NCBI GenBank assembly: GCA_045863235.1
Contig: BTUM01000006.1
Location: 104,002-168,001, forward strand
DNA length: 64,000 nt
Source of the DNA: Candidatus Xenobia bacterium
Lineage (GTDB): Bacteria; Vulcanimicrobiota; Xenobia; Xenobiales; QWHO01
Direction of reading: 5' to 3'
Below are positions 44,702 to 53,157 of this stretch, in pieces. The notes beneath the pieces are model-generated. The model searched no databases, had not been told where the DNA came from, and worked only from the letters and a program-made list of their open reading frames with translations. A program made the position numbers and the translations under genes. Within the stretch, counting starts at the first letter, position 1; every line of letters begins with the position of its first letter.

Positions 44702-45448
44702 CTACCCGACGCTCCGTCCCTTCAAGAGGTGCACCACGTACTTCCCCACCTGCTTGACGTCCCGAGGCTTGAGGGTGGAGAACTGGATCGAGTGCAGATA
44801 ACACCCCTCGTCCTCGTCGTAGCGCGTGTTCAGGTTCTTGGCCGAGATGGAGAGGGTGGGGTAGTTGGAGTAAGGGCCGATCAGGCAGAGCACCTGGGCC
44901 CCATCCTCCACCGTGTTGGCTGACTGCACCAGGGCCCCCCCCACGCTCAGGTTGAGCACCTTGCCATCGGTGAGGTAGTGTCCGGTGCGCAGGTCGCGCA
45001 CTTCGCAACGCAGGGTGGTGGCGATGCGCAGGTGCTTGCGGCGCTGGAAGGCGTTCTCGTCGGCCAGGCCCAGCTCTTGCAAGATCACTTTGACCCAGCT
45101 GCCCTTGAGGTTCTCCTCGGTCTCCACGTAGCGGATGCCTGCGCTCCAGTCGGCGCCCTTCTGGCGGCACCACATGACCTCGCACTGCAGCTTGTTTTTC
45201 TCCAGGCCCGGATAGGCCGAGGCGACGAAGATGAAGTCGCCCTTCTTGAGCTTCTGCACGCCCTCGAGGCGCATGCCGCTGATGCCGATGTCGACCACGT
45301 AGGCTCGATGCTGCTCTACCGAGCCCTCCTGGTTGTAGAGCACGGGGTAGCGGCACAGCACCCGGGTGCGGCTGCGCCCGTCGTGCCCCGACTTGCTGGG
45401 AGGACCCAGAACGATCTGCTTCAGGCCATCGAGAAACCTGGCAAACAT
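44702..45448 (-). CDS. Tandem PilZ-domain protein
   Basis: Domain 1: RSRTR..DIGISG..EVMW..GIRY. Domain 2: RKHLR..NLSVGG..IQF. Confidence 0.85.
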   Translation of the reverse strand: MFARFLDGLKQIVLGPPSKSGHDGRSRTRVLCRYPVLYNQEGSVEQHRAYVVDIGISGMRLEGVQKLKKGDFIFVASAYPGLEKNKLQCEVMWCRQKGADWSAGIRYVETEENLKGSWVKVILQELGLADENAFQRRKHLRIATTLRCEVRDLRTGHYLTDGKVLNLSVGGALVQSANTVEDGAQVLCLIGPYSNYPTLSISAKNLNTRYDEDEGCYLHSIQFSTLKPRDVKQVGKYVVHLLKGRSVG

Positions 45449-45452
45449 GGCC

Positions 45453-46820
45453 TCAGACCTCCACGGCCTGGTCGTGCAGAGCGTGCAAAACCTCGTCTAC
45501 GTCCTGGCCGGAGCTGGCGAAGTCGGCCGTAGCCACCTTCACCTTGAGCGAGCCGTTCAGCGAGCTGCCCAGACCCTGCTTGAGACTGGTCACCATCGCA
45601 TCGCGCAACTTGGGCCCCCAATTCGGATCGCGCCGGACCAGCAGCGCGTAATGGCCGTCCTGAAGCATGCCCAGTATGTCCCCGTGCAGCATGCACTGCT
45701 TGAGCGCGGTGTACAGGTTCCTGCGCAGCTCCTTCTGCTCGCGCACCGGCAGCTCGTGCAGCCCCTGCACTCGAACCGAGACCAGCCCCTGGCTGCCGTC
45801 GCGCTGGACGGCCATCTGGGTCAGGCGATCACGGAACACGATCGGGGGCAGGCAGTCCTCCATCAGATCGTCGCCGGCCAGCTGTGAGGTCACCCCCCGG
45901 AACAGGCTGGCGTTGTAGAACGAGTCGCCGGCCCAGCGGGCGATGACTCCCAGCACCTTGACCGAGAGACTGTGAAAGCGTGCAAAGGGAAGAGCGTCTA
46001 CCGAGATGACCCCGATCACGTTGCCGTTGCCCGGGTTGATGATGGGGGCGCAGATCAGCCTTCGGTAACGGCGCTCGGGATCGGGCCCGTCCGGCGGAGG
46101 CGATTCGAGATCGCGCGCGGTCACGGTCTGCTTCTTCTGAACCGCCGACCAGAGCAGGTCGTTGCCGGGGGCAAGGCTGGCTGCTTCCTCGCTCACCGAG
46201 TCCCAGCCTCGAGTGGCGGCCAGGTTCAGCTTCTGGCCCTTGAGCAGGTAGAGCGAGCTCTCGCTGGCGCCCAGGTAGTCGCAGACCAGCTCACAGATCG
46301 CCGGGTTGAGGTCTTTCTCATCCAGCACCGAGAGGCGCCTGGCCAGCTCGGAAAACGACTGGACGGTCGAGACCTCGCCCAGCACCCGGTCGTTCAGCTC
46401 CCGGTTGGCGGCCGTGAGGACGTTGACCCGCTGGCGCTGGCGCTCGCTCTCCGCGCGCAGCTCCTCGAGCTCGGCCCGAGCCTGGGAGAGCTGACGGTTG
46501 CGGGCCTGCTGGGTGGTGCCCAGCACGAAGCCGGTGGCCACCAGCGTGAAGATGATGACGGCATCGGTGGAGCGATCCACGTGCAGCGTCTGCCCCACCG
46601 ACATCATGCCGGCGATGTAAGCGGCCACCCCCACGAAGGATGCGAAGAGGGCCTCGGTGCGTCCGTAGTGGATCGCCTCGAGCACGATGACCAGGAGATA
46701 CGGGTGCAGCATGAGGCCCAGGAACGCAAAGTCGTGGGCCGGGGTGAAGACCGCCCCGATAAACCACAAGACCAGGTACAAGAGCAGGGTCTCGGCGACG
46801 TATCCATATCGTTGAAGCAT
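45453..46820 (-). CDS. pelD: PelD-like protein (TM helices, coiled coil, GAF, degenerate GGDEF)
   Basis: HPYLLVIVL.AIHYG TM region, coiled coil, GAF (ICAPI..VIGVISVDALPF), GGDEF-like tail, next to pelG/pelF. Confidence 0.75.
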   Translation of the reverse strand: MLQRYGYVAETLLLYLVLWFIGAVFTPAHDFAFLGLMLHPYLLVIVLEAIHYGRTEALFASFVGVAAYIAGMMSVGQTLHVDRSTDAVIIFTLVATGFVLGTTQQARNRQLSQARAELEELRAESERQRQRVNVLTAANRELNDRVLGEVSTVQSFSELARRLSVLDEKDLNPAICELVCDYLGASESSLYLLKGQKLNLAATRGWDSVSEEAASLAPGNDLLWSAVQKKQTVTARDLESPPPDGPDPERRYRRLICAPIINPGNGNVIGVISVDALPFARFHSLSVKVLGVIARWAGDSFYNASLFRGVTSQLAGDDLMEDCLPPIVFRDRLTQMAVQRDGSQGLVSVRVQGLHELPVREQKELRRNLYTALKQCMLHGDILGMLQDGHYALLVRRDPNWGPKLRDAMVTSLKQGLGSSLNGSLKVKVATADFASSGQDVDEVLHALHDQAVEV

Positions 46821-48331
46821 CAGGCTTTCTTGCCTCCTCGTTGGGGCTGGGCCTCGACCATCTGGCCATTCTTGCGGGTGTAGGTCCCGAAGCGGCCATC
46901 GGTCATCATGTCGCTCTGGAAGGGGATCTCCTCGGCGACGGGTTGGCTCATGAAGGTGAGATACTCAAGGTGCTGCAGCTTCTTGAACAGCCACAGGGTG
47001 CCCAGGACCAGGCCGGTGGTGCAGCCCACGAAGAGCCCCAGACCGTACCACTCCATGCCTGCCTGCAGGGTCCACAGAGCGGTCAGGAAGGCGACCAGGA
47101 AGGTGACCAGGGACGTGATCAGAGCCTGGCGGTAGAACTGGAAGTAGTAGGTGATCACCAGCACGAACAGGAGCATCGCCTGGGGAGCGGCGCCCAGCGC
47201 ACAGATGCGGAACAGGTGGATCTTGTAGGCGTCAAAGTCGTAGAAGCCCTCCAGGAACGGGGCGAATACCAGCGCGCCCAGGGTGCACACCAGCTGCACC
47301 ACCATGATGGAGTAGAGCGCGTCCTTGAGGTTCTGGGTGAGCTTCTGGCGCCGCTGGATGACGATGTCCAGGCCCTTGCGAGCCAGCACGGCGTTGTAGA
47401 AGCCGCGGTAATCTTCGTAGAAGTCCGTCTCGGTGTGCACGAAGAAGACGATCACCGCCGGCAGGATGCTCATCTGAGCAAAGAAGGCGGCCAGGTCGAT
47501 GGGCGGAAAAGCCCACAGATACTCGCCTCGCATTAGCTCGCGGCCGGGCCCGGGGACGAACCAGTAGACGAAGCTCGAGATCCAGAGGGCCAGGTAGTAG
47601 AAAAAGCCCGAGGCGGCCATGGCTGGATAGCGCTTGGCATAGGGCCACCAGTCGAAGTTCCAGCGCGCGTGGAACTCGAACTCGCGGGCCAGGGCCGTGA
47701 GCGTAATGGCCAGGATGGTCACCTGGCCCAGGATCAGGGCCACCAGGTAGGCCAGCACCGGCTCCTGGGTCTTGTGCAGCCAGGTGAAGCGCAGCAGGTA
47801 GGCCATCACCACCGTGACGATCATGCCGCTGGTAAACGCGCTGCCGACCAGGTGATGGGCTCGCACGGCCCCGATGAAGGCCATGATCACCCAGACTTCG
47901 GCCACCAGCACGAACAGGCAGACGGCGCCCAACCGGTAGGCCCAGGTGGTGTCGATGCCGAGCATGAAGACGAAGCCCACGATGGCGTGGAAGACCACGT
48001 TGACCATGGTCACCGAGACCAGGGCGGGAAAGTGCGAATCGAGCCGCAGCGCGTCGAGCTGGTCGGCCAGGTAGCGTATCACCGCCAGCTGCAGCGGCGC
48101 GGTGGTGATCAGGGAGAAGGCGAAGATGTAGATCACCGTCTCCATCAGGAACTGGCTGTAGATGTGGGCCAGGCCCGTGCGGGCGATGAGCAGCTGACAG
48201 ACCACCAGGCTGATCACCGTCAGGACCCAGGGGCCGGAAGCCACCAGGGTGGCGTGGATGTAAGCCTTGGTGAAGCCCAGGAAGGTGCCTTCCTGGGTGT
48301 AGGCGCGCAGTTTGAAGCCGATGCCTGCCAT
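46820..48331 (-). CDS. pelG: Pel polysaccharide transporter PelG
   Basis: MAGIGFKL, SGPW, RYLAD, ETDFYEDYR.FY, multi-TM. Confidence 0.93.
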   Translation of the reverse strand: MAGIGFKLRAYTQEGTFLGFTKAYIHATLVASGPWVLTVISLVVCQLLIARTGLAHIYSQFLMETVIYIFAFSLITTAPLQLAVIRYLADQLDALRLDSHFPALVSVTMVNVVFHAIVGFVFMLGIDTTWAYRLGAVCLFVLVAEVWVIMAFIGAVRAHHLVGSAFTSGMIVTVVMAYLLRFTWLHKTQEPVLAYLVALILGQVTILAITLTALAREFEFHARWNFDWWPYAKRYPAMAASGFFYYLALWISSFVYWFVPGPGRELMRGEYLWAFPPIDLAAFFAQMSILPAVIVFFVHTETDFYEDYRGFYNAVLARKGLDIVIQRRQKLTQNLKDALYSIMVVQLVCTLGALVFAPFLEGFYDFDAYKIHLFRICALGAAPQAMLLFVLVITYYFQFYRQALITSLVTFLVAFLTALWTLQAGMEWYGLGLFVGCTTGLVLGTLWLFKKLQHLEYLTFMSQPVAEEIPFQSDMMTDGRFGTYTRKNGQMVEAQPQRGGKKA

Positions 48332-49848
48332 CAGAGCATTCCCACCGCGGTGCGGTCATGGGCCTTGCGGCACTCTTCATACACCTCGCGGTAGCGGGCG
48401 AAGAGTTGCTCCTGGCGATAGTACTTCTCCACTCGAGCTCGTCCCGAAGCCCCCATGGCTTTGCGAAGGTCGGGGTCCTGATACAGTTGCACGAGCGCAT
48501 CGGCAGTCTGGTTGGGGTTGCCCACCCAGGTCAGCACGCCGGCCGGGCCCAGGGCCACGTCCTCGGCTTCCCCTCCGAGCAGCAGCTCGCCGCAGGAGCC
48601 GACATCGGGCGCAATGCAGGGGAGGCGGGCGGCGAAGCCTTCCAAGATGACCATGGGCTGACCTTCCGAGATGCTGGTGAGCACCTGCACGTCGAAGACG
48701 GGATAGTACTTGCGCACATCCACCCGGCCCATGAAACGGACGATGTGACCGAGATCCAGGGCTTCCACCATGGTCCTCACCTCGGCATAGTAGCTGGGGT
48801 CCTCATCGGTGGGTCCGCACAGGAAGACCTCCAGCCCGGGAATGCGCTCCTCGGCCAGCTTGACGGCCTTGATCAGGGTCTTGAGGTCCTTGATGGGCAC
48901 GATGCGGCCCACGAACCCGACCCGGAATTTGCTCTCGTCTCTGGGCATCGCCAGCTCGCTGGTCTGCTCCAGGGCTTTCAGATCGACCCCGTTGGGGATG
49001 AGCTTGATCTTGCTGCCGTCGGCCCCGAACTGGATCTGCAACTCCTTGTTCTCGCGGTGCAGGGTGTAGATGAAGTTGGCATTCTCGTAGCAGGCCTTGC
49101 CCAGTCCCACGAAGAGGTTGATCCAGATCTGCTTGAAGGTGCCCAGCCCTGACTCGAGGTTGACCGAGGAGGCCTTGTCCACGTAGATCCAGTCGGCCTG
49201 GGTGATCTCGATGCGGCGCTCATTCACGTAGAGCCCGTGCTCGGTCAAAATCAAAGGCCGCCGGTAGCGGATAGCCGCGATGACCCCCATGAAGCCGCTC
49301 CAGCCGGTGGTCACGGCGTGGTAGACGCGAGCTCTGGGAATCTCCGCCGTGAACAGCTTGAAGAGGGGAAAGTAAGCGTAGCGCCAGGTCCAGAAGAAAT
49401 CGGTGAAGGACACGCGCGGTCCGAAGTCTTGATACATCTGAGTCAGCACATTCCAGGACTCGAGCGAGAAGGCCAGGTCGCGAAACGAGAGGGCGGGGGG
49501 GATGTTGTCGGTGCCGCACAGGTGAGGGAAGGCCCGGGCGAAACCTCGCCCGTGGCCGTTGATCAGCCCCCCCAGGAAGGGTCCGGCTTCGCGCCAGGCT
49601 TTCTCTTTGTCTCCGAAGGTGGTCTGAGGGAACCTGGTGATCACGTCGTAGAGGTTGAACTCGCACATGTCCATCAGGTTGGGGGGCAGCTTGTAGCGCA
49701 TCCGCCTCTCGGTGCTGGCCGACGGAGCCAGGTAGACCAGGCCGAACTTCAGGTCGGGCATTCCCTCGATCAGCTGGTGGATCCAGGTGGAGACCCCACC
49801 CGGGACATAAGGATAGGTGCCTTCGCAGAAGTAGCAGACGTCAAGCAT
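48331..49848 (-). CDS. pelF: GT4 glycosyltransferase PelF
   Basis: EGTYPYV.GGVSTW, DFFWTWR, LTEHGLY..ER, GRIVPIKD.KT, SISEGQP.VILE. Confidence 0.95.
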   Translation of the reverse strand: MLDVCYFCEGTYPYVPGGVSTWIHQLIEGMPDLKFGLVYLAPSASTERRMRYKLPPNLMDMCEFNLYDVITRFPQTTFGDKEKAWREAGPFLGGLINGHGRGFARAFPHLCGTDNIPPALSFRDLAFSLESWNVLTQMYQDFGPRVSFTDFFWTWRYAYFPLFKLFTAEIPRARVYHAVTTGWSGFMGVIAAIRYRRPLILTEHGLYVNERRIEITQADWIYVDKASSVNLESGLGTFKQIWINLFVGLGKACYENANFIYTLHRENKELQIQFGADGSKIKLIPNGVDLKALEQTSELAMPRDESKFRVGFVGRIVPIKDLKTLIKAVKLAEERIPGLEVFLCGPTDEDPSYYAEVRTMVEALDLGHIVRFMGRVDVRKYYPVFDVQVLTSISEGQPMVILEGFAARLPCIAPDVGSCGELLLGGEAEDVALGPAGVLTWVGNPNQTADALVQLYQDPDLRKAMGASGRARVEKYYRQEQLFARYREVYEECRKAHDRTAVGML

Positions 49849-50986
49849 CGCGCGCTCCCAACCAGAAATGAGCCAGCTCGCTGATGGCGTGGCCCTCGCG
49901 CTTGCGGGGCAGCTTCACGGCCCAACCGCTTTCGAGTGCCCGCTTGCGCACGGCGCGAACGAAACCGAGCTGGTCATTCTTCTGGCCTTCTTCAAAGAGG
50001 TCTTCCAGATAGAGCAAGAGCGAGCCCAGGTCGCCCGGGTGCCGGGTCATGGTCGATTCCAGCAGGGTCAGCGACTCCTTGTGCAGCCCGCGGTCCCGGA
50101 ACAGGGCGGCCAGGAGCACGGGTAGCTTGAGGTTCTTGGGGTCGGCCGCCATGGCTTCCAGAGTGTGAGCCACCGCCAGTTCCCAGTAGTAGGGCTCAAG
50201 CCCCTCTTCCATCAAGCCCGACTTCATGTATTCGTGGTAGAGCGATGCCAGGGAGGCCTGCAGGCCGGCCGTCTCGGTGCGATAACGCAGCTGCTCGGTC
50301 ATCTGGTAGATGCGCACGACGTAGGAGCGCTGCAACTCGTTAATCTTGCTCATGGCATACTGGAAGACCTCGGGGCGCTGGTCTCCCGCCATCCGGTTGA
50401 GCAGGCGTCGCTGGCGCGGGTCGTCGGATTCGGCCAGCCGGTCCACGATGGCCAGGGCGGTGGCCACGTCGGCATAGGGGATGATGTCCACGATCGGCTC
50501 GGTGCGGATCTCCTCGCGGAACTGGACCTCGAGAGGAGCCGAGAAGTCGCGCTCGGGGGGCGCGTTGGATTGAATCCACATTTCAGCCCGCACCACGTCC
50601 ACCAGGGGGGTCTCCTTGGGCTGGCCGCGCGACAGGAGGTAGACCAGCATGCTGATCAGGCTGCCGTAGACGCCGCCGAAGAGGCAGAAGACCAGCGTGA
50701 CGATGGCCCAGCCCAGCGCTGCCGGGCTGACCGGGCTCTTGGCCATGTACGTACCAAAGCTGATGGCCAGTGCCCCCACCACGTAAAAGAAGAAGCTGGC
50801 CGTGGGGAAGCTCTCCTCGGCTCGCAGGACTCCCAGTGTTCCAGCCAGGCTGGCCACGAAGCCCAGAATCCAGCACAGCCAGGAGACGATGTTGGGGAGC
50901 GGCTCGTGAGGTCGGGGAGGGCGCTCGAGGTAGCCCGGGACGGTCTGGTCCACGCTGGTGTCGATCCGAACGGTGTCGGCGATCAC
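49841..50986 (-). CDS. pelE: PelE-like membrane protein with HEAT/TPR region
   Basis: N-terminal TMs, EPIVDII, helical repeats, Y.KSGL, directly upstream of pelF. Confidence 0.65.
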   Translation of the reverse strand: MIADTVRIDTSVDQTVPGYLERPPRPHEPLPNIVSWLCWILGFVASLAGTLGVLRAEESFPTASFFFYVVGALAISFGTYMAKSPVSPAALGWAIVTLVFCLFGGVYGSLISMLVYLLSRGQPKETPLVDVVRAEMWIQSNAPPERDFSAPLEVQFREEIRTEPIVDIIPYADVATALAIVDRLAESDDPRQRRLLNRMAGDQRPEVFQYAMSKINELQRSYVVRIYQMTEQLRYRTETAGLQASLASLYHEYMKSGLMEEGLEPYYWELAVAHTLEAMAADPKNLKLPVLLAALFRDRGLHKESLTLLESTMTRHPGDLGSLLLYLEDLFEEGQKNDQLGFVRAVRKRALESGWAVKLPRKREGHAISELAHFWLGARDA

Positions 50987-51354
50987 GTGCCCTCCCGCTT
51001 GACGGCGGCGATGCCGGTAGCCAGGTCGAAGTAGTCGGGAATGAGCCGGGCCACCAGCCGCTTCTCCATCTCGTCGCGCAGGTCGGGGTTGGCCCCCACC
51101 AGGCAGAGGGCCCCCGGTGGGCTCTGCGATCGGATGCGGGCATAGGCCGCGAACAGGCTGGCCAGGGCGTAGCTGTCGATGGAGGTGACCTCGGTGAGAT
51201 CCAGCACGATGCGGCTCGCGCCCTGTCGCACGAGGTTGGAGGCGGCGGCTCGAAAGCCGTCGTTGTTGCCCTTGCCCCAGCCGCCTTGAAGCGACAGCAC
51301 GGCCACACCATCCTGTCGATTCTCCTGTGACTTGACCAGGGGCAGATCCGGCAT
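50983..51354 (-). CDS. STAS domain protein (anti-sigma-factor-antagonist-like)
   Basis: VAVLSLQG, IVLDLTEVTSIDSYALASL with the conserved Ser. Confidence 0.85.
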   Translation of the reverse strand: MPDLPLVKSQENRQDGVAVLSLQGGWGKGNNDGFRAAASNLVRQGASRIVLDLTEVTSIDSYALASLFAAYARIRSQSPPGALCLVGANPDLRDEMEKRLVARLIPDYFDLATGIAAVKREGT

Positions 51355-51362
51355 CGACGTCC

Positions 51363-53138
51363 TCAGAACTGGATGTGCAGCTGGGTGCGCAGCGACTGGT
51401 TGTTGTTGTTCACGATGCCTCCGGTCAGGGGAATGCGGCCGAAGGGGGCAGCGCCGTACTCGTAGTCGACTCGGAAAAACGAGGTCTCGGTAAACTTGAC
51501 GTCGGTGCCCACCTGGTAGGTCTGACCGCTGGTGCTGTCGTTGAAGAAGCTCTGATAAAAGCCGAGGTAGTAACGCCAGCGGTCGGTGGGAGTATGGGTG
51601 AAGCGGGTTCCGATCGAGTCGCCCTGGAAGTCGGCCGGCCCGAAGCGGTCGAGAATGTTCTGGGGGGGGCTGTTGGCGTTGCCGCCGTGGGTGTAGCTGA
51701 CCACCCAGTCGTAGACGTCTTCCTGGCGCATCACCGTGAAGTAGGGACCGATGTTGTAGATGAATTGGTGCGAGTTATCGATGTAGTTGGCATTCAGGAA
51801 GTTGCCGCCGATTCCGATCCATTCATTGATCTGGCCATCCAGGAAGCCCTCCTGGCCGAAGTACTTCAGGCCGTTGGCCAGGGCGAAGGGGGTATCGTAG
51901 TTCATGTCGCGCACGAGATAAAAGCCGCCCTGCACGTTGGGGCCGTCGTAGCGCCCACCCACGCGGAACAGGCCCTCGGTGCCGTACCAGCCGGTAAAGA
52001 TGGCGTCCATGTCGACGGCGCGATACTCCAGACCCAGCTTGCCGAAAGTCCGTTCCGCGGTGCCGACGCCTGGATTGTTGGTGCTGACCGAGCGATAATC
52101 GTGCCAGCCCTGGACGTAGAGATCCGAGTCGCTGACCGGGATGCTCAGCCGGTTGATGACCCGGTTGCCGAAGTTGCCGGCAAAGGACGTGTACTCGTAG
52201 AAATTGTCGAAGTACGGGCCGCGCAGGTCTTCGGCCTTCTGGATGCGCTCATCGAGGGAGGTGGCCAGTGAGCCGCCCGCCGGGGCCATCTCCCTGGCCT
52301 TCAAATACCAGTCGCGGGCAGCCATGTATCCCTCTCGTGACAGGGCGTGGTCGCCCCGGGCCACGTAGAGGTCGGTCATCTTGTCCTTCAGCCCCAGGGC
52401 CTGAGGGTTCTCGGCCTGCAGGCGGGTCAGAAGCTCTTCGCTGGCATCATAGTCGCCGGCCTGGGTGTAGAGGTCGGCCAGCATGGCCTGAATCTCCAGG
52501 TTCTTGGGGTCGAGCTTGGCCGCCTTCTCCAGGACGCGAATGGCGGCCCTGACGTCACCCACGTCGTAGTAGGCCCGGCCAGCCTCCCAGTAAGGCTTTG
52601 GGTCGGAGGCTTTGGCCAGGGCCATGCGCTCGAGCATGCGGGCCCGTTCCTGGTCGAGATCGTTGCGCCGGTAAAGCTCGGCCAGCTTTTCCATCAGGGC
52701 CACGTCGTCCGGCCGCAGTTTCAAGAGCTCCTCGCCGGTTATGGCGGCCGCGCGCGGTTGGTCGTAGGTGGACTGGAGCTCCATCAGGATCTCTTTCCAC
52801 TCCGCCTTCTGGGGCTCGAGCTCACTCAACTTGCTGTAGATGGTGATGGCGTAAGCCGTGTTGCGACTGGCCAGCAGGATGGTGCCCAGCTCGGAATAGG
52901 CCTCCACCAGGTTGGGGTCGAGCTCGATGGCCTTGCGCAAGCTGACGATGGCCGACTCGGTATAACCCTGCTTGTTGAGCTCAATGCCCTTGCGTAATTC
53001 CTCGCGCGCCTGCTGCTCGGAGCTCTGGGTGGCGGCCGCCTCGGGGGACGCAGCAGCCTCGGGAGTCTGTGCCTGCACCGGAGTCACGCTCAGGCCCACC
53101 ACGCAGATCAGGGCCAGGATTCGGCTGGTAAGGTTCAC
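51363..53138 (-). CDS. TPR + C-terminal beta-barrel outer-membrane protein (compact PelB-like)
   Basis: Signal peptide, TPRs (KAIELDPNLVEAYSELG), aromatic-rich beta C-half ending LRTQLHIQF. Confidence 0.7.
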   Translation of the reverse strand: MNLTSRILALICVVGLSVTPVQAQTPEAAASPEAAATQSSEQQAREELRKGIELNKQGYTESAIVSLRKAIELDPNLVEAYSELGTILLASRNTAYAITIYSKLSELEPQKAEWKEILMELQSTYDQPRAAAITGEELLKLRPDDVALMEKLAELYRRNDLDQERARMLERMALAKASDPKPYWEAGRAYYDVGDVRAAIRVLEKAAKLDPKNLEIQAMLADLYTQAGDYDASEELLTRLQAENPQALGLKDKMTDLYVARGDHALSREGYMAARDWYLKAREMAPAGGSLATSLDERIQKAEDLRGPYFDNFYEYTSFAGNFGNRVINRLSIPVSDSDLYVQGWHDYRSVSTNNPGVGTAERTFGKLGLEYRAVDMDAIFTGWYGTEGLFRVGGRYDGPNVQGGFYLVRDMNYDTPFALANGLKYFGQEGFLDGQINEWIGIGGNFLNANYIDNSHQFIYNIGPYFTVMRQEDVYDWVVSYTHGGNANSPPQNILDRFGPADFQGDSIGTRFTHTPTDRWRYYLGFYQSFFNDSTSGQTYQVGTDVKFTETSFFRVDYEYGAAPFGRIPLTGGIVNNNNQSLRTQLHIQF

Positions 53139-53157
53139 TTTCGCTTGCTCCTCCGAT

